Virus record (IMG/VR): IMGVR_UViG_3300003324_000465
Coordinates: 32,001-96,000 of that record
Direction: 5' to 3' (one strand)
Origin: a virus
Length of the DNA: 64,000 nt
This document shows positions 30,509-41,505 of this stretch, piece after piece. The notes under the pieces are model-generated. The model ran no database searches. It was not told where the DNA came from and was given only the letters and a program-made list of their open reading frames with translations. The translations under genes and the position numbers were made by a program. Positions within the stretch are counted from its first letter, which is position 1. Each line of letters begins with the position of its first letter.

Positions 30509-32005
30509 TTAATTGCTGTTAAAATATTCTGCCGCGTAAATTAAATCTTTGCCTGTAATGTGATATATATTGCCAGGAAATAATCCCTTAAATTGATTTA
30601 AATATACAAGCTTTGTTTGTATATTCTCACCGTCAATAAGTTCTTCTTCATTTGAAAAGCTGTACATGTTCGGATCTTCCATCTGCATTGTTTGAAAATC
30701 TTTTGCTATCGTTAATCCGCCCCATGCTATTTTAATTCCTTTACCTCGCACTAATAATGTATTACCTATGCGATTTAACGACGCTATCTGTAAGCGTGCC
30801 CATTTGTTTTCCTGATGATCGTCATTGGAAAAACGACGCCGAAACATCTGCTGCCTGTTCCATATTTCAGGTTGATCATCTATGCGTGCTTTAATTGCGC
30901 TAAATACGTCACTTGTATCTTGTAATCTGTTTTTTAATTCAAGAAACGTCATTGATTCTAATTCTTCTGTTATTGTTGCTGGAGTAGCATAATCATATGC
31001 AAATCCAGCAGGTACCATCTCTATTTGCCCAATGTGAAAAATACTGTTTTGATTATATGTTTGCCCTACTGGATTACCACTTATCGGCACATTATCAATA
31101 TGTAGAGCATATGTCGTTTTATTTGTATATGATCCTGACATATCGTAGTAAAAATTGGTGTGACCTTTATCTCCTACAGTAAAAGGTCCAAGTGTACCTA
31201 CAAGTACATAATTTATATATATCTTAATATAGTCTTCTACATTGTATGAATAATATGTTATAGGTATTTTTACAACATCAGCGCTGTTTGATCGCATAAC
31301 ACTACCACGGAATAAGGGATATTGTTCAGCTTTATGTGTACCCGGCCAAAATAAAAGACGTTGCATAGGTATTCTTGGTGCTAATCGTAATCGACGCATA
31401 AGCCAATCAGATGTATTTGACATTTGATTAAGATCACTAGCACTAATATTTGTATCTCCCGTAAATGTAGGCAAGCCTGGATATGTGCCCCAAAATGTTA
31501 TTCCAGATAAAGGATGTACATAAGCATCTAATACCTGAAATACTCCTGTTTTTGGTGTGTATGCTCCTCCATTTTCAACACTAACTAGAACTTCAATAAC
31601 TTCATTCATGTTATATCCGAGCCCAGATATGTCTATATCTACATTATATTGAGCAGGATTATTAGGATCTGTACCATTATATACAAGTGTACCGATTGAA
31701 TCCTCAGAATCAGATTCTCTCTTAAAATAAATATTTATCTCTTCCGGCCCATCTGTTATAGTTAATAAACGAAATGTAGCAGTAGTTATACCCGTCATAT
31801 ATTTAAAACCACCACGCCATAATTTTAAGAAACTGCGTTCGGAAGCATTCCAATTACTTGCTTTATGCATGGATGGAAACCCCTGCTTACCACGCAAGGA
31901 TAATGCGTCTAATATAATGCTATTAGTACGTAACGTATTTATATCTGTAGCGCTTACTTCTGTATTGGTAGTAAATGTAGGCGCATCTATATATGCTGAG
32001 ATCAT
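30509..32005 (-). CDS. Minor tail protein
   Basis: Position in tail module; PTF...SATDINTL repeat type. Confidence 0.6.
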   Translation of the reverse strand: MISAYIDAPTFTTNTEVSATDINTLRTNSIILDALSLRGKQGFPSMHKASNWNASERSFLKLWRGGFKYMTGITTATFRLLTITDGPEEINIYFKRESDSEDSIGTLVYNGTDPNNPAQYNVDIDISGLGYNMNEVIEVLVSVENGGAYTPKTGVFQVLDAYVHPLSGITFWGTYPGLPTFTGDTNISASDLNQMSNTSDWLMRRLRLAPRIPMQRLLFWPGTHKAEQYPLFRGSVMRSNSADVVKIPITYYSYNVEDYIKIYINYVLVGTLGPFTVGDKGHTNFYYDMSGSYTNKTTYALHIDNVPISGNPVGQTYNQNSIFHIGQIEMVPAGFAYDYATPATITEELESMTFLELKNRLQDTSDVFSAIKARIDDQPEIWNRQQMFRRRFSNDDHQENKWARLQIASLNRIGNTLLVRGKGIKIAWGGLTIAKDFQTMQMEDPNMYSFSNEEELIDGENIQTKLVYLNQFKGLFPGNIYHITGKDLIYAAEYFNSN

Positions 32006-32014
32006 TATTGTACC

Positions 32015-33520
32015 TTAATATGAAACATAACGTATATCGGTATTATTATATGTTGTGCCTATAATAAATACATCATCTCGTGTAGGTAAATTATTTATAG
32101 GTACAATATCAATCGTCATTCGTGAACCTGTATTACTATGGCGTTTTGCTGTGATACGATATAAACCGCTATATGACCATGTTGTATAATCAAACTGTAC
32201 TATTTCTCCGATATATCTATCAGGATCATAGCCCATTCCTTCCAATGTAATAATTGCCCGCGAATTATTATAGAAGTCATAATACATCCGTATTAGTCTT
32301 TGTGCATGTACTTCACTATCTACATATACATTACTTTCAAGCTCTAATTCTGGTATTCCAGAACCATATGTTACATTACCAGATGGTCCCTCTGTTACTG
32401 GTCTACCTTGTATATTTATATCCTCAACTGTTAATGGCTCATCTGTTAGATTTTCAAAACTTACTTGTAGTAATGTTGCATTTAAATAGCTGTATGTTAA
32501 TTCATATGTAAATGCTAGTTCACTTGTAGATGTTACTTGTCTTCCATCAGGATATACTGCTTTAATACTTGTAAATGGTATATTACCCGAAGAGTCTAAC
32601 GTATATGTATACACAGGCCATTTCATTTCTATTTCTTTTGTAACAATTTCACCGGGTATCACTGCAAACGTATCATCTAATTCGTATACAGTCTGTGTCG
32701 CCTGTAAATTACGTTCTATGAACTGTGTTTTAATAGTTGCTACTTGATCGCGAGCAGTTTCTTTCTCAGATATTGAAACAAAGTCATCATCACTTATTTC
32801 AAATGGCGTGCCGTTTACTATACCAAAAGATAATGGTTGCTTGTAATATATAACTCCATCATCGTTCTGAAATAATTGACCACCTGCTGCTTTTATAAGC
32901 TTATTAGCTTCTTCCCATGCATTTTCACCACTTATCCAAGACCATTTAGGTTTTAATAAAGCTTGATCAAATGAATAATAAAATAAAGCGCTATCATATG
33001 TACTTATTTGTTCATATGGTCTACCACCAGATTCCCACATTATTCTATTTAGTAAACCTGCATTATATCCCGGCTCATTTGGATCATCTATACTAGATAA
33101 TGTTGTTTGCGTAGCTATTGGTCTACGATAAAACATTTCTGTATGTATCTTCTTCCTTTCAATAATTGCGTCCCATCCTCTTGCCTCAAATGTCAAATAA
33201 TGCCCGCTTCTTGATCTATCTGTTAATACACCTTCAAATACCTGTACAAAATCAGCAGTATCGAATGTGAAAGATATGCGCACTTTATGCAATTTCCATG
33301 CAACACTTGCAAAATCATCTGTCATTTCTATTTTAGCTTTAGGTATTGCATGTATTCCAAAAGCTAATCCATTATTATTTGCAGTTATTTCTAGCACTCC
33401 ATCTACATCGTGAATATAATCATCATTTACAGTAGAATAACTTATACCGTTGTGTATTTCTACACGATATTTAGGTAATGCAATACTGCTTTCTATTTGA
33501 TCTCTTGTAGGAAGGCTCAT
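32015..33520 (-). CDS. Tail tip/hub protein
   Basis: Follows the Dit-like gene; GGQLFQNDDGVIYY hub-type motif. Confidence 0.65.
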   Translation of the reverse strand: MSLPTRDQIESSIALPKYRVEIHNGISYSTVNDDYIHDVDGVLEITANNNGLAFGIHAIPKAKIEMTDDFASVAWKLHKVRISFTFDTADFVQVFEGVLTDRSRSGHYLTFEARGWDAIIERKKIHTEMFYRRPIATQTTLSSIDDPNEPGYNAGLLNRIMWESGGRPYEQISTYDSALFYYSFDQALLKPKWSWISGENAWEEANKLIKAAGGQLFQNDDGVIYYKQPLSFGIVNGTPFEISDDDFVSISEKETARDQVATIKTQFIERNLQATQTVYELDDTFAVIPGEIVTKEIEMKWPVYTYTLDSSGNIPFTSIKAVYPDGRQVTSTSELAFTYELTYSYLNATLLQVSFENLTDEPLTVEDINIQGRPVTEGPSGNVTYGSGIPELELESNVYVDSEVHAQRLIRMYYDFYNNSRAIITLEGMGYDPDRYIGEIVQFDYTTWSYSGLYRITAKRHSNTGSRMTIDIVPINNLPTRDDVFIIGTTYNNTDIRYVSY

Positions 33521-33897
33521 TATACTTCCTCAAATACTAATTCTACATTATAATATAATTTATTGTTAGCTTCCCTCTCAGCATCTAAATCTTCGTTAAA
33601 TTCACGCGATAATACAGAATAATTTTGATTATTCTCATCATTTAATGTAACTACTGCCGAATTACGATATAATGTACGTAATTGAGGTACAGAATCCTCT
33701 ATAAGACCTTCCCAACTAAGTGACCATCTTTTTTTATACGCACGTAACCATGTACGTAATTTTCCATTCGCCATCCTATCAGAATCTTCGATCTTAATAT
33801 CATCTATTTCAACCTTTGTAGGATGAAGCGTTACGCTATTAATAATATATCTTTTTAATGTTGCCATATATCTATTTAAAAAATAAAACGCGAGCAC
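33520..33897 (-). CDS. Distal tail (Dit-like) protein
   Basis: RMANGKLR...KKRWSLSWEGL...FEEV; immediately after the tape measure gene. Confidence 0.6.
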   Translation of the reverse strand: MLAFYFLNRYMATLKRYIINSVTLHPTKVEIDDIKIEDSDRMANGKLRTWLRAYKKRWSLSWEGLIEDSVPQLRTLYRNSAVVTLNDENNQNYSVLSREFNEDLDAEREANNKLYYNVELVFEEV

Positions 33898-33923
33898 TAT
33901 ATACCCGCGTTTTATATATTGAA

Positions 33924-36900
33924 TTATAAAGTATTTGATCTTGATGTGTTGCTAAGTATATTACGCATCCCATCCAGTCTGATGTTTATTTCCTGTACAC
34001 CTAAAACGAGTGTGTCATTTACTTGCTGTAATTTCGTTTCTAGTCTAATTGTTTGATCAGTCAATGTATCAATTACACCCTGATCTCTTACTGTCCATAT
34101 ACCATTTTGTTGAACAAGTAATACTTGCTGCGATGTTATTGGTATTGGTGCTACAGGTGTAATTGGTAATGGTTCTGGCGCTGATATTTGCTGTGTATCA
34201 CCCGCCATAGTATTATCAGATGTTACCTTATCCTGCTTATTTGGAGATTTATTTGCAGCATTTGTAACATCTTGATACAATCCAATCTGCTTTGCAAGTT
34301 CTTTGTTTTCTTCACTTACCGCTATTTTTGCACGCTCTGATTGAGCTATTTTAATATCTGCCGCGTTTTGTGCTGCAATTCCAATTTTTGTAGTTTGCTC
34401 CTCATAGGCTGCATTCTCTTCATCTAAACGCTGTTTAGTATCGTTTGTTATTGCATCACCACGAGCAAGTAATTGCTGTTCTTCTTCTTTTTGAGCATCT
34501 TCTATAAGCTTTTTTCTACCAGCTAGAAATTCTAATGCTGCTGCTTTATCACTATCTGATAAATCCTCATCTGCTCGTATATTTGCGGCTTCTTTTTCAA
34601 GATCAAGCAATTCTTGAATATGTTGCTGCTTTAATTTCAAAAAGTCATCTGCTAGTTTAGCCGAACCCGATTGTGCAATTTCCTGCGCCTTTGCAAATGC
34701 CTCTTCATATGCAGCCGCAAACTGTGAAGTATCTACACCTTTAGCATCAGTAAGACCACTATAAAACTGCTCTCTGCTACGTCGTTTACTTACTTCGTTC
34801 TCGGCAATCTGTGCCTGGACTTTCTTTAAATGATCTGCTTGAATTTCTTCGATTTTATTAAAATGCTTACGTTGGGCTTCTTCTTCCTTATCATTAAATT
34901 TCTGAAGATCAGTAAGCAATTTATTATTAATCTTTTCGTTAGGCGTTAATTTAGGAGCGCCACCTCCCTTTTTACGTTTTTTGCGCTCGTTATCTAATTG
35001 TTCTTCCAAACCATTAACTTTCGTTAATGCTTGAAAATATTCCGCTGTACCTACAGTAGTGTTTGCTAACTCATCACGAGCTATTTTTAATTTACCTGTT
35101 GTATTTGCAATAGCAAATTCATATTCTTTTTGCGCCTTTGTGGCTTGATTGACTGCATCTATATTCTTTAATGCTGTAGGTAAATCTGCTACACCACCTA
35201 AAACATTTTCAGGTACTTGCCCTCTACCTGATGTATTTGGCGGGCTTAATGCTAATCGCGCTCTTGCTATTTCTAATTGACTAAGTGCGCTGATTAAACC
35301 AAATGCTTCACCTGTAGTGATATTTAATTGATTTGCTAAAAATGCCGCTGCTTCTGCTGTTACTCCTAATCCTTGCGCCGCAGCTAATGCTGTGCTCGTT
35401 AACTCTTCTTGACGTTGTTTTAAAGCATCTGTTTGAATTTGACTATTAACAGCTTCTAAGGCGCTTGCATTCAATTCTTGTGAAAATATGTTTTGAGCAC
35501 CAGCCGCATCTTGTGTAGCAGATGTATTTGCAGCATTAGCTTGATTAGCTTGTTCAGTTGCATTTACATAAATGCTTAATAAATTCGTAGCCTCTCCAAG
35601 ACTTAACGATTGCTGTCCTACTGCTACAGCATAATTTTCTGCTACTAATGCACCTTGATCTGATACACTCGCGGCGGATAATGCAGCTACTTGAAATTTT
35701 TGCAATTCTGATGCGCTTGCATTTGCCGATACGCCTGTTGAACTGAATATCTGACTAATACCTGTTAATAACGGCTGCAATTGCTGCAATCGCCCAAGTA
35801 TTTCATCAGTACCCACACCTATTAACTGTAAGTTTTTAGCAAATTCAAATTGAGCGCCGGATAATTGAGTAAATCCAGCAGCATAAAATGGTAACTGTGC
35901 ATTTGCAGCGGCTACTTTTGCATTAAATTGATCAACACTTACACTGCTTTGTAAAAACGCAGTAGTGATATTTGTTATTTGTTCGCCTTGTGCAGATAGA
36001 TTTGTTAATGCTGTTGCAAGTATATTTAATTCACTTGTTAATCCTTTTGCAGCCGGTAATAATAATCCGCCTAATGCTTGTCCTAGCTGTGCTAATGCAT
36101 CACCAGCAGCACCTTTTAATTTATCGTACTCTACCGCAGTTGTATTTGCACTTGCCGCTATTAACTCTTGCGTGATACCTAGCTTTGCAAGCTCTTGATT
36201 AAGTGCCGCGAATTTTGCTGTAGGATCGGATATTTTATTTAAATCATTAAGAATTTGACGTGGAATCTCGAAGCGCCTGGCAAGGCTCGTGATGTCTCCT
36301 GAGAAAACATTTTGTTATCTTGTGAGCTTTTTATCTCACAATTCTATATCTTTCGTTATTTAATATAGTTCGGCGTACATTTTTACCTATGAATAGGTAT
36401 CTGCCACTCTTGGATTTAGTATTATATTCCTCTACTCTTACGATACTTCCAGATATATTTATAATTAGTATTAAATATTTTTGCTATTTCTGCGCTTGAT
36501 TTACCTTCACTAATCAATTTTACTATAAGATCATAATCAATTTTTGATTCTCTATCTTTACTAATAGGCTTTCTACGAGGTATCGAATTACGCTCTAAAG
36601 CTTTAACTATACCGCCTATACTCATGCCTATACGTTTTGATATTTCTTTAACTTTGATATTAGCCTGATACATTTCTATAATATACTGTTCCTGTTCTTT
36701 TGTTAATCGAGTATCTTTAACGCCGTCATGTTTTCCAGTGCGAATATTATAACCATTAGGTACAAGACTATTATATTTAGTAATATATTGTTCTTCTAAT
36801 GAATCAAGCTGATCCTGATCTTTTATATCTGATTCAAGTATATGTATTTCAAACGAGTCTATACCATACTTTGTGATTGCAGCCTTTAATAAAGGGCTAC

Positions 36901-37910
36901 CATCACCGCTAACATGTACCTTGAGTCTACGTCTCAAATACTTTGTTTGTCCTATGTATTTTTTATTATTTATTTTATTGACAAACATATAAATAGTACC
37001 GTTCATTTTTATATCTCCTATGAATAATATAATATCTCCTGTATATTACTCCATAGTTAGATATTTGTCAAGTAGATGGTTTCAACGATCTACGCTCTAC
37101 ACTGCTACACCTCTTTTAAAAAGTGCAGTTAGCACGGTATTAGCATTTCAGCTTTCACCGTTTTTGACAGATTTTAAAAGAGCATTTCTACTCTTTAAGC
37201 GCAATTGAAGCGCCTTTAAATCCCTGTGCAGGATCAATAATAGCTAAACCCCTTGCAGTTTCAGCAAGTTTATTTAGCTCAATTCCCGTTCTTCTTGATA
37301 AATTAACAAAGCCTGACAAATTCTCTAACGTATCAGTTAAAGAACCCCCGAACTTTTGTTGTTGTTGTTTTGCAATTTCAAGATTTTTTATATATTGTTC
37401 TTGACTACCAGACAATGCACGAAATGTAGCTTCTTGCTTTTCTAGGGCATTTCCTGCTTCTATAACTGCCGCGAATGTTTGTGCAGCTTGTGTAACAACC
37501 AAGTATGATCCAATAAGACCTTGAAATACTTGCCCTAGTTTTGCGAAGGACAGTTGAGACTTTTCTACTGCTGCTTCCTGTCGAGCAATTGTACCTTGCA
37601 ATTGATTAAGTGCATTGTTAGCGGCTGTCGTATTAGGCGTTACCTGTTCGATTGCTGTAGCTAGTATTTGCTGTGCTCCCGCTACATCACCTTGCTTTTC
37701 TGCTACTTGTGCAAGCGATCGAGCATAAGCTAATAAACCCTGTTCATTCTTACGTGTTACAGGATCAAGCTCTGCCATAGCAGCATCATACTGTCTTGCA
37801 CTAGTAACGCCTCTCTGCATGTCTGTTTGTATTTTTTGCAATAGACTACTAAGGCCAACATCTTTACCTTGTAATACTACTGATATTGTACCACCTTGTA
37901 TTGTAGCCAT
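33924..37910 (-). CDS. Tape measure protein, spliced: exon 1 37190-37910, exon 2 33924-36307 (1034 aa)
   Basis: Joined exons read ...ASIALKE-F-FSGDITSLARRFEIPRQ... in frame with ORF 33924-35816; Ala/Gln-rich helical sequence after the tail chaperones. Confidence 0.9.
36308..37189 (-). mobile_element. Group I intron (882 nt) in the tape measure gene
   Basis: P1 AAAGAGU/GCUCUUU with U.G at the 5' splice site, terminal G at 36308, AAAAACGGTGAAA...AATACCGTGCTAA core shared with the second intron; removal restores the frame. Confidence 0.9.
36422..37006 (-). CDS. Intron-encoded GIY-YIG homing endonuclease
   Basis: GTIY...KKYIGQT...RRL..H...NGYN; C-terminal HTH repeats. Confidence 0.9.
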   Translation of the reverse strand: MNGTIYMFVNKINNKKYIGQTKYLRRRLKVHVSGDGSPLLKAAITKYGIDSFEIHILESDIKDQDQLDSLEEQYITKYNSLVPNGYNIRTGKHDGVKDTRLTKEQEQYIIEMYQANIKVKEISKRIGMSIGGIVKALERNSIPRRKPISKDRESKIDYDLIVKLISEGKSSAEIAKIFNTNYKYIWKYRKSRGI

Positions 37911-37919
37911 ATATACCTA

Positions 37920-38204
37920 CTATTGTAATTTCTTTAAATGATCTAATAATTGTTTCTCGCGTTTTTCAGCATCTTCTTGTTGTTTCTTTATTTTACGCGC
38001 ATTATCTGCTGTTATAATCTTCGTGCGTAATTTAATTTCATCCTCTATATCAAACATTGTCATATTCTTAAAATCACTTATACGTTTATGACCAGACTCA
38101 ATTTGATCTTGATAGAGTATACCGATAAACGTTAAATATTCTTCTGCTATAGCTAATCTATTTTTCCTGCGCGCCATTTCTATTTTGTAACTTATAATAG
38201 ACAT
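37920..38204 (-). CDS. Tail assembly chaperone, second ORF (T-like)
   Basis: Between the chaperone and tape measure genes, in the -1 frame of the upstream ORF. Confidence 0.55.
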   Translation of the reverse strand: MSIISYKIEMARRKNRLAIAEEYLTFIGILYQDQIESGHKRISDFKNMTMFDIEDEIKLRTKIITADNARKIKKQQEDAEKREKQLLDHLKKLQ

Positions 38205-38617
38205 TATTTTTTAGTAGCTAAGTCGTTCGCTTGTTTAATACTGCTAATATAACTATCCCATACCGTTTTACTTACTCTTCCAATTGACCATATTTCATCT
38301 GCAAGCTCTTTTACAAATTCACCATTCTTTTCACCAAGACCTTGTGCTTTGATGAATGTAAATTTTGGTCTCATTACACCTTCTACAACAGTCCAATATG
38401 CAAATAGCGTATCATCTACTTCTGTTTTTTGTGTGTCTTTATCTGTTACTAATGACTTTTTATTTATGCGGCCCATTTGTTCAAATGTCAATGCACGTAT
38501 ACGGAATTTTTTCTTCCATCCTATAATGCGTACATCTGCTTCAATAATATCATCTTCTTGTAAAAGATCATCCGCATTTTCATAGTATTCATCATTTTCT
38601 GGATACCTATCAACCAT
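38204..38617 (-). CDS. Tail assembly chaperone (G-like)
   Basis: Synteny between the tail tube and tape measure genes; FRIRALT motif. Confidence 0.7.
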   Translation of the reverse strand: MVDRYPENDEYYENADDLLQEDDIIEADVRIIGWKKKFRIRALTFEQMGRINKKSLVTDKDTQKTEVDDTLFAYWTVVEGVMRPKFTFIKAQGLGEKNGEFVKELADEIWSIGRVSKTVWDSYISSIKQANDLATKK

Positions 38618-38633
38618 ATATTTTTCCTTATAT

Positions 38634-38671
38634 AAAAAATAACTCCCCCTTGAAATAAATCGCGGGGGAGT
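38634..38671 (-). terminator. Intrinsic terminator after the major tail gene
   Basis: ACTCCCCC/GGGGGAGT stem followed by a U-rich tract on the minus strand. Confidence 0.7.
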
Positions 38672-38678
38672 ATATACC

Positions 38679-39942
38679 TTATGCTACTGTGAATGTACCA
38701 CTTGAAGAGAAATCAAAAGATACTGTTACCGTCTCTCCTGCATCTTGAGACATAGAGAAGGTTGTTACTGTACCGGATGGAATTGTTACTGTGTATCCAC
38801 CTGTAGTAGTAAGAACTAACGTTATAGGTGAACTATTTAAAGCACCAGATATTAACGTTGTTTGCCCACTATCTTTACCAACAGGAATTGTTGCTTCTAG
38901 TGTACCTGTTAATTTACGGGATGTTGTGTATGTGTATAATACACCATTATCGCCAATGACCTTATATTTAATGTTACATATTTCTATATAACCTACATAT
39001 TACTATGTAGAGTAGATCATATCACCATCTACTTTAGTAGAGGTATCCATACGAAAATATTTGGAAGTCTGCGTATGTATATCTAATTTATACTCATATG
39101 ATGGTTTAACATATGGTGTAATACCTTCTATAAATCTTTTAGCATAATCTTTTCGTGCTTGTAATCTATAACCATACGTTTCTTTAAATTTGCGACGCTG
39201 AATATCAAAAGGTATATTAGTATATTCATAAATAGCTCTCTGTAACAAAACAACATCACCATAAGTAAAATTATCTGTTGCTATACGAATACGTACATAA
39301 TTCTCTTGAGTTATTCTAGGACTAACCTCTATATAACCATCATCTTGGTATAATATTGCTAATGTTTCCCAATCTAACAATTTCAGGTCATGCGGAGATA
39401 TTTGCTTTATTTTTCTTTCCGTATAAATACGTTCATACAATGTCGTATAAAACGGATGTGTTTTAGTTTCTATGCGTATAGATGCTTTTGCCTTTGCGCC
39501 TTGAATATTTATATACGCTGGAATATCACGCCAATTAACCGAGGTTAGTGTTTCAAGAATATTAGCTTGCCATTCAATGTAATCTTTATGGATCGATAAC
39601 TGATGTAATCCGTAATTTGCATTTTTATTACGTTTTGTCATCCATCCATCACCTAATGTAAATGAGAATATATACTTAGTTAGTTCTTTTCTTCCAATTT
39701 CTTTCATGATCGTTACACATTCCTTTATTCAGGATTAGCACGGTATTGACCTTCTATTAAGGCGTTTCACCGTTTTTAGGATACTTTTCATTATATATTA
39801 CTATATAATGCCGCTCTTGTCAATCGAACGGCCCAACGGTCTTCTCATCTGTCTCTAAATTTACTTCCCAATTATTAACAAAGCCAGTAGCAATACCCTC
39901 TGCGGTAATTGTACCTTCGTAACCTTTAATTGGCTGTGCCAT
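38679..39942 (-). CDS. Major tail tube protein, spliced: exon 1 39828-39942, exon 2 38679-38959 (131 aa; absent from ORF track)
   Basis: MAQPIKGYEGTI...WEV...TVGP-F-IGDNGV...VSFDFSSSGTFTVA; 396 nt in frame; position between tail terminator and chaperone. Confidence 0.88.
38960..39827 (-). mobile_element. Group I intron (868 nt) in the major tail gene
   Basis: P1 GCCGUUC/GAGCGGC with U.G at the splice site, terminal G at 38960, conserved core as in the other intron. Confidence 0.88.
39003..39707 (-). CDS. Intron-encoded LAGLIDADG homing endonuclease
   Basis: FSFTLGDG and LAILYQDDG motifs (LAGLIDADG_2 type). Confidence 0.9.
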   Translation of the reverse strand: MKEIGRKELTKYIFSFTLGDGWMTKRNKNANYGLHQLSIHKDYIEWQANILETLTSVNWRDIPAYINIQGAKAKASIRIETKTHPFYTTLYERIYTERKIKQISPHDLKLLDWETLAILYQDDGYIEVSPRITQENYVRIRIATDNFTYGDVVLLQRAIYEYTNIPFDIQRRKFKETYGYRLQARKDYAKRFIEGITPYVKPSYEYKLDIHTQTSKYFRMDTSTKVDGDMIYST

Positions 39943-39963
39943 TATTATTTTACCTCATTTTAT

Positions 39964-40383
39964 TTATGTACTATCTTTTGGGTATACGCCAAACTCGACA
40001 ATGAGTCCTGCTGTATATATATTACCCGTTGTTATTTTTTCAATAGGAAACCATTGTGGATTTGTTATATCGGCACTAATATCATAATGAGCATGTGCAA
40101 GTGCAGGTAATGCTTCTGCTAACTCAATAGCTTTATCCCAAGCTTCTGTTTTTGACATAGACATCACACGGAATGTTATCTGTCCTATCCATGCATTTGA
40201 ACCTATTTTGTTTTTTTGGAACCCGCCTGCATCCTGACTTTGATATACTGCTCGCGGAAAATTACTTGACGTAGGCGCTACAATGTTATATAAACGCCCT
40301 TCAAATAATGGCGCTAAATACATACTGAATACAAGATCCAAAGCGGGTAATACACGTGCGAAAAATGCTTTATCAATTGCCAT
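39964..40383 (-). CDS. Tail terminator protein
   Basis: Synteny directly before the tail tube gene; RLYNIVAP..FP.AVY pattern. Confidence 0.65.
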   Translation of the reverse strand: MAIDKAFFARVLPALDLVFSMYLAPLFEGRLYNIVAPTSSNFPRAVYQSQDAGGFQKNKIGSNAWIGQITFRVMSMSKTEAWDKAIELAEALPALAHAHYDISADITNPQWFPIEKITTGNIYTAGLIVEFGVYPKDST

Positions 40384-40391
40384 ATATACCT

Positions 40392-40772
40392 TTATGTTGT
40401 AGTAATTGTTATTTGTGGGTTTCCTATAATCTTACCGAAATCTTTTGTAAATATACGATCACCAGATGTTTTTACTTGTATATCATAAAAATATTCGCTG
40501 CTTGGTGACAATAACAACGTCTCACTTGAACTTAATGTGAATTTAACATGGCCTGTACCATCTATACCAATATCGGATATAACACCATCACCATTACTAC
40601 CGCTATTTATCACTTTCTGCATAATGGCATCCGCGTCTGTATCTGTTATTTTTCTTTTAACCGTAAACCACGCTGTTGTTAATGTTTCTCCTACAGGAAT
40701 ATTAGATATGTCTCTTTCAATATCAACATTGTCGCCTACAAAAAAATCACTGATTTCATTCAATGTAATCAT
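40392..40772 (-). CDS. Structural beta-sandwich protein (BppU N-terminal-like)
   Basis: GD...WFTVK...G.VKFTLSSSET...YFYDIQV. Confidence 0.6.
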   Translation of the reverse strand: MITLNEISDFFVGDNVDIERDISNIPVGETLTTAWFTVKRKITDTDADAIMQKVINSGSNGDGVISDIGIDGTGHVKFTLSSSETLLLSPSSEYFYDIQVKTSGDRIFTKDFGKIIGNPQITITTT

Positions 40773-41101
40773 TTTATACCTAATTTTTTAATAATATGGA
40801 ATGTGAAGTCGATATGTTTAATGGCTACTGAAAGATATGGCTGTGCTGGCATAAATGCAGTACCATATTCTTGCGCTATTGCTCTATCATCTGGTAAATC
40901 ATTACCAAAAGATACTTCTACGCTAAAAGGTCCAGTCATAACAACTTTACCACTATTTTTAAGTTGCCCCGATTTTTCTGGTGCTAATTGACGTGCAAGA
41001 TCATGTAAATCTTTCCCGGCTTCATGTAATCCATCAGTTATTACATCTTTTACACGGTTTTGAAAAGCAATAAAATTTGTTAAGTCTGTGTTTACTGGCA
41101 T
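40769..41101 (-). CDS. HK97-gp10-like tail completion protein
   Basis: APEKSGQLKNS...QEYGTAFMPAQPYL. Confidence 0.85.
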   Translation of the reverse strand: MPVNTDLTNFIAFQNRVKDVITDGLHEAGKDLHDLARQLAPEKSGQLKNSGKVVMTGPFSVEVSFGNDLPDDRAIAQEYGTAFMPAQPYLSVAIKHIDFTFHIIKKLGIK

Positions 41102-41505
41102 TATGTCTCTTCCTGTAAAAATATAATAAACGCACCAGTCATACCATGATGCGGCGGGACAAAAACGACATTAAATACTCTTTGACTATCTAATGCTATA
41201 TCATTAAATTCGATCATATCTCCTTGATTGATCTCTGTCCCATATGGTAATTGTAGTCTATATAAACCAGTAAAAAAAGATTGTTGTGTAGCACGCTCTT
41301 GACTAGCTATGTTTACATCTTCACTACCAGATCGAACAATAAATCGGCATTTCGTTGTTACTGGTCCTGTATATATTGGAATAGATTCACCATTAACAAT
41401 CGATTCACCAATCTTTCTACGTATATTGCATGTATCTGTTAGAAATAATTCGCATTGCTCCCTTATATAGCTTACCTGTTGTTTAACTAGTAGCTGAAAG
41501 CTCAT
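41101..41505 (-). CDS. Head closure/stopper protein
   Basis: DTCNIRR...YTGP..CR...LQLPYGTEI..GD; synteny. Confidence 0.65.
   Translation of the reverse strand: MSFQLLVKQQVSYIREQCELFLTDTCNIRRKIGESIVNGESIPIYTGPVTTKCRFIVRSGSEDVNIASQERATQQSFFTGLYRLQLPYGTEINQGDMIEFNDIALDSQRVFNVVFVPPHHGMTGAFIIFLQEET

Noticed and set aside
37188-37190. Stop-codon readthrough or alternative genetic code to explain the split tape measure gene
   Set aside because: A group I intron explains it exactly; other genes end normally at TAG/TGA/TAA and no suppressor tRNA is present.
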